Under the pieces are notes generated by a model. It saw nothing but the letters and a program-made list of their open reading frames with translations. It did not search any database and was not told the origin of the DNA. The position numbers were made by a program, and so were the translations under genes. 64,000 nt of DNA from Candidatus Omnitrophota bacterium (GTDB taxonomy: Bacteria > Omnitrophota > Gorgyraeia > JABMRG01): assembly GCA_030593065.1 (NCBI GenBank), contig JAUVHV010000001.1, forward strand, positions 145,965-209,964. Direction: 5' to 3'. The stretch's first letter is position 1; each line of letters begins with the position of its first letter. Of the stretch, positions 18,407 through 25,586 are shown one piece after another.

Positions 18407-19363
18407 TTATAGGCAGGCCGTAGTATAGAACGGATATTTCGTAATATAGGCATGCTTTCTGGCCCCCCCCTTTTTAACATTCATTAAATGCCTACTGCGT
18501 AGATTAGTTACATGCCAACACGAAGCACCTTCAAGCTTTGCCATAGATGCCGCAAATACAATATTTCGAAATAGTTGCTCATAAAACAGCGTGGAAGGTT
18601 TGGAGAAGTCAAATATTTGGTTAGTGTCTATAATCTTATTCTTTGTACAGTATCTCTCAATCAGTTTAGAGGCACTCTTGGGTTTTTCACCAATGGAAGA
18701 TTCTTTTTCTTTAGCGATGGGGTTCTTGCTACCAAATTTAGCTTCAATACACACAACAATTTTCTTCGGTACCACAAGCATAATGTCTGGCTCGGTAGCA
18801 AAGTGTTTTATATCGCCTTCTAAGTGATTTCTCATTTCAATTAAAGGTTCATAAGGCACAAATTGGTTATGTTTTAGGTCTATCTTTCCTCCCCATAAGT
18901 ATAAGTCAACATTGTCGTGTATCTCGCGCCTTACTATGTGACTCAATAGCTTCCTCAGGCCATGTCCGGCAGATAACATTTCAGTAAATACGTTATAAGA
19001 CACAGCATCTTCGCTGCTTTCATAACAAAGGCGCCCAAACTCCATCTTGTTGGCCTGTTTAAAGAAATTTGCAACGTAGTAATCTCTATGGAAGGGTAGA
19101 TTGCGTCTCGTGGCAATTACTAAATCTTCTTTGCTTGGTCCGTTGTAATAGACAAAGCCATTATTATGTATTCTTATGGCGTGTTCGGGGCAGAAGGGAA
19201 GGTATCTCATCTTACCCTTGTATCGCTGAAAAGGAACTTTATTAGAATGGATATGTGTGGTACAGTGTTTGACGGGGCATTTACCAAATAGGAGCCTTGT
19301 TTTTTGTAGGTCATTTCGCGTAAGCGATATTGTGCAAGGTGAAGATAATATAGAGTTAGACAC
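18407..19363 (-). CDS. PD-(D/E)xK restriction-endonuclease-like nuclease with N-terminal Cys/His zinc-finger
   Basis: E-P-D-IMLVVPKKIVVC-I-E-A-K matches the PD...ExK catalytic core. N-terminal CPVKHC...CPEH. Contains a G8 (C8 on + strand) homopolymer at 18463-18470 near the 3' end. Confidence 0.5.
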   Translation of the reverse strand: MSNSILSSPCTISLTRNDLQKTRLLFGKCPVKHCTTHIHSNKVPFQRYKGKMRYLPFCPEHAIRIHNNGFVYYNGPSKEDLVIATRRNLPFHRDYYVANFFKQANKMEFGRLCYESSEDAVSYNVFTEMLSAGHGLRKLLSHIVRREIHDNVDLYLWGGKIDLKHNQFVPYEPLIEMRNHLEGDIKHFATEPDIMLVVPKKIVVCIEAKFGSKNPIAKEKESSIGEKPKSASKLIERYCTKNKIIDTNQIFDFSKPSTLFYEQLFRNIVFAASMAKLEGASCWHVTNLRSRHLMNVKKGGARKHAYITKYPFYTTACL

Positions 19364-19428
19364 AATTTATTATACACCGTAGTGTAGTTAGGTGTCAATA
19401 GGTAAAAAACCGTAGCATAATACGGTGT

Positions 19429-19644
19429 ATGCAAAAGAATATACGGTTGCAATTTGCAGAGAAGATTAAGAAGCTACGCAAGAAACTGGGGTATACTCAG
19501 GAAAAGCTTGCTGAGCTGACAAAGATAGACTACAAATATATCCAGCGAATAGAAGGCAAGAATCCACCTGCCGTGAAGATTGATACTATCCAGAGAATTG
19601 CTCAAGCCCTCAAGGTTGACTCATCAAAACTTCTTGACGAATAG
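19429..19644 (+). CDS. XRE-family helix-turn-helix transcriptional regulator (R-M controller-like)
   Basis: 71 aa. LRKKLGYTQEKLAELTKIDYKYIQRIE HTH_3 pattern. Divergent from the nuclease gene. Confidence 0.7.
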   Translation: MQKNIRLQFAEKIKKLRKKLGYTQEKLAELTKIDYKYIQRIEGKNPPAVKIDTIQRIAQALKVDSSKLLDE

Positions 19645-19765
19645 TGTTACCAGCCGAAGCAAATCCAACACTGAGTTTTTAATAGTGTTTTTATAAGAAG
19701 AATGCTATAATGATTTTACTGGCAATACAGATATGTCATAGAGCCTCTTCAAGAAAGGAGTTGGT

Positions 19766-21121
19766 ATGACCCCCATAAGAATTAAACCAATCAGACTTAC
19801 AAATTTACTTCTCAACCAAGACAACCCCAGATTTGACCCCGTAACACACCAAAGAGAAGCCTTGGATTCCGTAGTGAGTACTAAAGTCTTACGGGACAAA
19901 GCAAGATATTTAGCACAAGATATTATAGAAGCTGGGGTTAATCCCGCGGAACTAATTATTGTAGCGGCAGCGATAGATAATAAGCATAAGGTTTTGGAGG
20001 GAAATCGTAGAGTAGCTGTATTAAAGCTACTTGCTAACCCCGAAATTTTCAAAGACAAGCACAAGGCTTTTACGAAGCAAATGAAAAAATTGTCAAACGA
20101 ATTTCGTAAGGCACCTATTAAAACGATACAATGTGTTATTATTACAGATGAATCAGCAGCAAACAGATGGATTAAGTTAAAACATACAGGAGAAAACAAA
20201 GGAAGAGGAACTGTTACTTGGGACGCACAACAAGTAGCAAGATTTGACTCAAGAGTTGCCGATAAATCATCAGTTGGATTACAAGCAATAGATTTTGTTA
20301 AAGGTTTTGCAGATAGCGCTTTGTTAGCTAAAATTAAACACGTGTCTATTACAAACCTTGAAAGACTCTTAACCGACAAAAATATACAGACGGTATTAGG
20401 GGTTACAATCGAAGATGGATTGTTAAGGACGGACCTTTTAAGGGAAGAAGTTAAAAAAGGTCTACATAAGGTTGTTAGCGATATCGCAGAAAAGAAATTA
20501 AAAGTGAAAGATATCTATACGAAAGAAGACAGAAAAGAATACATTGAGGATTTTAAACCGAAAGTAGATATTCCTGACAACAAGAAAAAAGCTGAGAACG
20601 TATGGAGTTTATCTCAGGGAGAACCGCAAAAACCGACTAAACAAAAAAGTAAACAAAAACCTGAACCGCTTTCCACAGATAGAACTGCGATAATCCCACA
20701 ACGTTGTGTTTTGACTATCAAGCCACCCAAAATCAACAAGATATACACAGAGCTTAAGTATTTGAATGTGGATGAGTTTACGAACGCCGGGGGTGTTTTG
20801 TTTCGAGTATTTTTAGAAATGAGCGTGGATGTGTTTATTGACAAGCATGGGATTCCTAAAGTAAGGAAAAAAGATGGGCGGCCATTATCACTACGCGAAA
20901 AATTGAATAATGTGGAAAAATATATGCAAAGCAGCGGGATGGCAACAAAACCCGAATTAAAAGCGGTACGCATTATGGCACAAACGAGAGACAGTATATA
21001 TTCTGTTGATACATTCAATGACTATGTTCACAATCGTCATTTCTCGCCCGATTCTAAAGAATTAAAAACTATATGGGATAATATACAAGTATTTTTTGAA
21101 AAGCTATGGAGCAATGTATAA
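19766..21121 (+). CDS. ParB/Sulfiredoxin N-terminal domain protein with ~330-aa uncharacterised C-terminal region
   Basis: I-R-L-T-N-L-L-L-N-Q-D-N-P-R (ParB box NPR) and E-G-N-R-R-V-A (GxRR) motifs in the first 100 aa. Lys-rich linker. C-terminal domain unknown. Confidence 0.5.
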   Translation: MTPIRIKPIRLTNLLLNQDNPRFDPVTHQREALDSVVSTKVLRDKARYLAQDIIEAGVNPAELIIVAAAIDNKHKVLEGNRRVAVLKLLANPEIFKDKHKAFTKQMKKLSNEFRKAPIKTIQCVIITDESAANRWIKLKHTGENKGRGTVTWDAQQVARFDSRVADKSSVGLQAIDFVKGFADSALLAKIKHVSITNLERLLTDKNIQTVLGVTIEDGLLRTDLLREEVKKGLHKVVSDIAEKKLKVKDIYTKEDRKEYIEDFKPKVDIPDNKKKAENVWSLSQGEPQKPTKQKSKQKPEPLSTDRTAIIPQRCVLTIKPPKINKIYTELKYLNVDEFTNAGGVLFRVFLEMSVDVFIDKHGIPKVRKKDGRPLSLREKLNNVEKYMQSSGMATKPELKAVRIMAQTRDSIYSVDTFNDYVHNRHFSPDSKELKTIWDNIQVFFEKLWSNV

Positions 21122-21124
21122 ACT

Positions 21125-21985
21125 ATGAGATTCAATTCTCCATTAAGATATCCAGGTGGTAAGGGTAAAATGGCGGGTTTTTTTCAATCTGTTATAGCAG
21201 ACAATAATCTTTTTGACGGCATTTATGTCGAACCATATGCGGGTGGAGCATCAGTAGCTTTATCATTGCTTTTTAACGAATATGTCTCAAAGGTGGTCAT
21301 TAATGACATCGACCGTTCTATATATGCTTTTTGGCATTCTGTTTTAAACCATACTGAAAAACTATGTAACTTAATATCAAAAACAGATGTAAATTTTAAA
21401 AACTGGCAAAAGAATAAGGAAATACAAAGACAGAAAAAAACCGCATCATTAGTAGAATTAGGATTTTCTACATTTTTTTTAAATAGGACAAATATATCTG
21501 GCATTATAAAAGGTGGAGTTATAGGAGGGGTGCAACAAAAAGGCAAATGGAAAATAGATGCGCGGTTCAACAAAAACAACTTAATTGGCCGCATACAACG
21601 CATAGCCGAATATAGCAATAGAATCGAATTGCATAATTTAGATGCATGTAAATTATTGCAGAAGCAGGCAAAGCGACTACCTAAGAAGACTATATTTTAT
21701 TTTGACCCCCCGTATTATGCTAAAGGAAAAGATTTATATATCAATCATTATGGCCCAGACGACCATAAAAAAGTTTCCAGTGTAATAAAAAAGATTAAGA
21801 GGCATAGGTGGATTGTTTCGTATGATAATCAATCGGAAATAAAAATGCTTTACAAGGTTTATAGAAAAATGGAATATTGTTTAAAATATAGCGTATCTAA
21901 ACCCAGCGTAGGAACAGAAGTAATGTTTTTTAGCCACAATTTAATAATACCTACAGCCAGCATCCCCGCCGAAACTGCGCGGTAA
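21125..21985 (+). CDS. Dam-family (D12 class) N6-adenine DNA methyltransferase
   Basis: N-terminal YPGGK / EPYAGGASV SAM-binding motifs. Catalytic DPPY (FYFDPPYY). Confidence 0.75.
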   Translation: MRFNSPLRYPGGKGKMAGFFQSVIADNNLFDGIYVEPYAGGASVALSLLFNEYVSKVVINDIDRSIYAFWHSVLNHTEKLCNLISKTDVNFKNWQKNKEIQRQKKTASLVELGFSTFFLNRTNISGIIKGGVIGGVQQKGKWKIDARFNKNNLIGRIQRIAEYSNRIELHNLDACKLLQKQAKRLPKKTIFYFDPPYYAKGKDLYINHYGPDDHKKVSSVIKKIKRHRWIVSYDNQSEIKMLYKVYRKMEYCLKYSVSKPSVGTEVMFFSHNLIIPTASIPAETAR

Positions 21986-22043
21986 ATCAGCTCAAGTTTT
22001 TCAGGAATTTTTTAAAATTCTTGTCAAAAAATTTAATATTTTT

Positions 22044-22087
22044 TAGCCTAACTTGTTATATTGTTTAAAGTTAGGCTTTTTCTTTTT
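22044..22087 (+). terminator. Rho-independent terminator after the MTase gene
   Basis: Stem AGCCTAACT / AGTTAGGCT (9 bp) with a 15-nt loop, followed by TTTTCTTTTT. Confidence 0.5.
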
Positions 22088-22195
22088 CCCTCAAAGTAGC
22101 CATTTCAGCACTTCCTTTCAGAAACTCTTTTCACTAAATAGTTGACAAATTTTAATTTTGGGTGTTTTAACTACTATAGAAACTAAGGAGGTGTC

Positions 22196-22984
22196 ATGCA
22201 TTCTGACAATATTGTGGTGGGTTATGTGCGCGTTTCGACTCAGACACAGGTGCAACATGGAGAGGGATTGGAAATACAAAGACAAAAAATCAAAGAATAT
22301 TGTAGTAAAAGAAAATTACAGTTAAGTAGATTCTATGAAGACAAGGGTATTAGTGGTGCAGTGAAAGATAGGCCGGCATTAATAAACCTATTAAAAGACT
22401 GTGAATCTGGACAAATTAAAAAAGTTATTGTTTATAAGCAGGATAGATTGAGCAGAGAGCTCGGTGTGTCAATGTGGCTTGAGACTCAGTTCAAAAAATA
22501 CAATATTGAACTAATCTCTATTTTTGAGCCAGAATTTGATACAGATGACCCTATGGGCAAGGCACTAAAAAGGATAATAAGCGTATTCGCAGAACTTGAG
22601 AGAGATATTATTGCTTCTCGGCTCCGTGATGGCAGAGAGAACAATGCAAAGAATGGTCAGCGCGGTTCTGGGCCAATACCCTTTGGATACCTAAAAGAGG
22701 GCGATGACTTGGTAATTTGTCCAGATGAAGCAAAGTGGGTTTATAAGATTTATAGATGGCGTGTTAAAGGCCTTAGATATTCAGAGATTGTCAATAGGCT
22801 TAATAAGAATGGCATTAGGACTAAAAGAGGTAAATTATTTCATACAGAAGCTGTTAAATACATACTACAGAACGAATTATATTATGGAGCAACTAACTTT
22901 GGCCTACTTAAAAGCAAGGGTATCCATGAGCCAATAGTAAGCAAAAGGATATTTTTTAAGGTAAAAACAGAAAAAAATAGGTAA
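22196..22984 (+). CDS. Serine recombinase (resolvase/invertase N-domain plus partial recombinase domain), probably C-terminally truncated
   Basis: VGYVRVSTQTQ with catalytic Ser, resolvase fold, start of the recombinase domain (GYLKEGDDLVICPDEAKWVYKIY). At 262 aa it is far shorter than large serine recombinases, and no downstream zinc-ribbon or coiled-coil coding sequence is visible. Confidence 0.65.
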   Translation: MHSDNIVVGYVRVSTQTQVQHGEGLEIQRQKIKEYCSKRKLQLSRFYEDKGISGAVKDRPALINLLKDCESGQIKKVIVYKQDRLSRELGVSMWLETQFKKYNIELISIFEPEFDTDDPMGKALKRIISVFAELERDIIASRLRDGRENNAKNGQRGSGPIPFGYLKEGDDLVICPDEAKWVYKIYRWRVKGLRYSEIVNRLNKNGIRTKRGKLFHTEAVKYILQNELYYGATNFGLLKSKGIHEPIVSKRIFFKVKTEKNR

Positions 22985-23220
22985 GTGAGCTCTCTGGAAA
23001 GGGGTTTATAGGTATAATAATTAGGGAGTAGGAAACACAAGGAGCCCAACAAAGGCTTCACCAAATGCTCATTTTGAGTATGGGGCTTGTATCAGAGTAT
23101 GCATAGAGAGGGCAAAAATATTTTTACTCATTGAAAACAAAGAAGTTACGTCAAAAAAGCCACAAATCGTATTAAACTTTTTTGGCTAAATAGGTATAAT
23201 AAGGTAAAGGAGGTGTAGGA

Positions 23221-23403
23221 ATGACATCAGCAGACATTTTAATGGTAGAGGATATAGCTCAGATTTTAAGGATATCGCAGAATACGATACACAGTAGGCG
23301 ATGGCAGGAGAAGTCCGGCTGTCCCCTTTTCAAGAAGGGTAAACGGCTCTATGCTATAGCTACAGAGTTTTGGAGATGGTTTAGGAGCGATTCGGTAAAA
23401 TGA
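23221..23403 (+). CDS. Excisionase / DNA-binding HTH protein (Xis-like)
   Basis: 60 aa. LMVEDIAQILRISQNTIHSRRWQEK resembles the excisionase-family MerR-like HTH. Overlaps the start of the integrase gene by 4 nt. Confidence 0.5.
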   Translation: MTSADILMVEDIAQILRISQNTIHSRRWQEKSGCPLFKKGKRLYAIATEFWRWFRSDSVK

Positions 23404-24491
23404 AGAATAGAGATGGCGTCAGACAGTTAGGAAAGGGCTTATATGAGGTGAACTTTCGCCCTTTCCCTGGCGCTGATAGGATCTTTAGGAGAGTTAATGT
23501 TCAATCTTTGCAGGAGGCTCGTATAAAAAGAGCAGAGCTATTAGCAGAAAGTAGTCGTTTAGGCAAGCCTTCTGAGTTGCAAAGGACGAGACAGGATAGC
23601 GATATAATTGAATTACAGAAGGTTATAGAAAATGACCTGCTTTCAGATAATAAAGGCAAGAAGACAATTAATAGATTTATATCTTGCTGGAAGACTTTTA
23701 ACCAATTCTTGCGGAAGAAATATTCTGATATAGTTAGTATCAATGAATTGAAAGCAGGTCATTTTAAAGATTATCAAGACTACATTGTTATAGAAAAGCA
23801 AAGAAAGAAAGGCTGGAGAGCAGAGCTTACTATTTTAAAGGCTATTTTTACACGTCTCAGAATAAGGAATTATTGCACAGATGATGCGATAGGAGAGTTA
23901 AATAAGCTAAAGAAGCCACCACGCAACAAAAAGCACTATGAGGATATTCCTGATTTTGCTATAAGAGAAATGCTGACATTTATCGATAAAGATAGGCCAG
24001 ATTATTATGGCCTAACAGTTTTGCTCTATAAATGCGGCTGGCGAATAGAGGAGACGACGCTATTACGCAGAGCAGATATAGAATGGCAAGGGCTTAAGCC
24101 AGGTTCGATATTAATTAGAGGGGAGACCACAAAAACAAAAGTAGAGAGACGTTTTGACATGTTTGATGATGAGTTAGCTCTTGTGATAAGGCGCTATGCA
24201 TTTGATAGAAAAAAGACCACGTGGCTTTTTTCTAATAAGCAAAATGGCAAGATACATGCTGGTCATTATAGAGAATATCTGAAAAAGGTAAGTGGAAATA
24301 TTATGGGAAAAACTATCACGCCTCATTATTTTAGGCATAGACTTTGCACCATAGCAGGTAGAATGAATATGCCGATTAATGATGTTATGGCAATAACGGG
24401 CATACGTGATATAAAGGTTCTTTTGGAATACTACCAGCACACTACAGCAGAGGGGAAAGCGAAAATATTAGCTTTAAATAGCTTAAAGTGA
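23400..24491 (+). CDS. Tyrosine-type site-specific integrase
   Basis: C-terminal catalytic region with R...HxxR...Y (TPHYFRHRLCT ... LLEYYQH). SAM-like N-terminal domain. 363 aa. Confidence 0.8.
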   Translation: MKNRDGVRQLGKGLYEVNFRPFPGADRIFRRVNVQSLQEARIKRAELLAESSRLGKPSELQRTRQDSDIIELQKVIENDLLSDNKGKKTINRFISCWKTFNQFLRKKYSDIVSINELKAGHFKDYQDYIVIEKQRKKGWRAELTILKAIFTRLRIRNYCTDDAIGELNKLKKPPRNKKHYEDIPDFAIREMLTFIDKDRPDYYGLTVLLYKCGWRIEETTLLRRADIEWQGLKPGSILIRGETTKTKVERRFDMFDDELALVIRRYAFDRKKTTWLFSNKQNGKIHAGHYREYLKKVSGNIMGKTITPHYFRHRLCTIAGRMNMPINDVMAITGIRDIKVLLEYYQHTTAEGKAKILALNSLK

Positions 24492-24507
24492 TATAATTAC
24501 AATATAG

Positions 24508-25389
24508 TTGGGAAAGGAGACCAATAATATGTTTATGAAAATATTAGTGATAGGGCTGTTTTTAATCGCAGGTTTATTATTATTACTTACAGCAACTTGG
24601 TTTTATGAATTACCAATTTTACCCTTAAAGAAAATTGTGGGTGCATTAAAAACTCATGAAATAACACTAATGGCTTTATTTAACTTATTTGTAATAGTTA
24701 TAATGTTAATAACTATATTTATAAGTATGGTTTCTTCCCAACAGCAGATTGAAAAGATGCAGGACCAAATTAAATCCGATAAAAAAAATACAGATAGCTA
24801 TATTACTACAACAAAAGATGCTACAGATAAGCAAATAAAAGCTATAAAAGACGCCACTAATAGTCATATAGAAAGGCTTGCAGAAGAGCAGAAGAGAAGA
24901 AGAAAAGAGCTACTGTCAGCTTTGATTTCTGAAATCCAATCTAATATTGAAGAAGGGGATTATTTTTTAAAGCACTTACCACTTACAGAAGATGGGATAA
25001 TATTTTATAATGACTTACCACTTGATATTTTAAACATTAATTTATCTAACAATACGATTACAAGCAAAGTACTATTTGATAAAATTAGAGAATACAAAAA
25101 GGTAATAGTGACGGCTAACAATATGATTCTGAGGGGCAGAGAAAGCGATGTTGATAGATATAACAAAACACAAGAGTTAGTTGGTAAGTGGGAAGGAGCA
25201 AAGAAAGATAGGGATTACAAGTTTGATGACAGCTCTATTAAAGAGATAGATTCTATTCTCTCTAAATTGCCTGAAAAGATTCAAACGCGTAGATGCGAAC
25301 TTTTTCTTATAACGTTTAACTTGATAGGTAATAAGTATAACTTTGTTGATTTGAAACTGAAACTTATAAATTATATGAATGACTTGTAG
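24508..25389 (+). CDS. Hypothetical membrane protein (2 TM plus coiled coil plus unknown C-terminal domain), cargo adjacent to attR
   Basis: Two N-terminal TM helices, a ~70-aa coiled coil (QQQIEKMQDQIKSDKK...), and a C-terminal globular region with no recognisable motif. Confidence 0.3.
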   Translation: MGKETNNMFMKILVIGLFLIAGLLLLLTATWFYELPILPLKKIVGALKTHEITLMALFNLFVIVIMLITIFISMVSSQQQIEKMQDQIKSDKKNTDSYITTTKDATDKQIKAIKDATNSHIERLAEEQKRRRKELLSALISEIQSNIEEGDYFLKHLPLTEDGIIFYNDLPLDILNINLSNNTITSKVLFDKIREYKKVIVTANNMILRGRESDVDRYNKTQELVGKWEGAKKDRDYKFDDSSIKEIDSILSKLPEKIQTRRCELFLITFNLIGNKYNFVDLKLKLINYMNDL

Positions 25390-25453
25390 CAGACTTGAAA
25401 TTTTGGTGGTTTTAACGGTGGTGGGAAGGCTATTTTGAGCTTAAAGCAATGAC

Positions 25454-25472
25454 AATCCCTGCCTCTCCGCCA
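25454..25472 (+). repeat. attR: 19-bp direct repeat of the tRNA-Ser(GGA) 3' end
   Basis: AATCCCTGCCTCTCCGCCA identical to 17240-17258. Confidence 0.8.
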
Positions 25473-25586
25473 CTGGCTCGATGAAAAAAATTCCGTATAT
25501 CCCGTATATAATGATAGGGATTTTTTCTTGACATGATTATTGAATAAGAGTATATTTTTATTTAGACCAGGCAGAAGAGAAGCGCT

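Larger units (their letters stand above)
17240..25472 (+). mobile_element. Integrated mobile element (~8.2 kb) in tRNA-Ser(GGA), bounded by 19-bp direct repeats (attL/attR)
   Basis: AATCCCTGCCTCTCCGCCA is present at the tRNA 3' end (17240-17258) and again at 25454-25472. The interval encodes a Rep-like HUH protein, an R-M-like module, a serine recombinase fragment, an excisionase and a tyrosine integrase. Confidence 0.75.

Noticed and set aside
19705-20379. 224-aa minus-strand ORF
   Set aside because: Antisense to the ParB-N domain gene. No motifs. Spurious.
22142-22170. TTGACA upstream of the serine recombinase gene
   Set aside because: No convincing -10 hexamer at 16-18 nt spacing. Not reported as a promoter.
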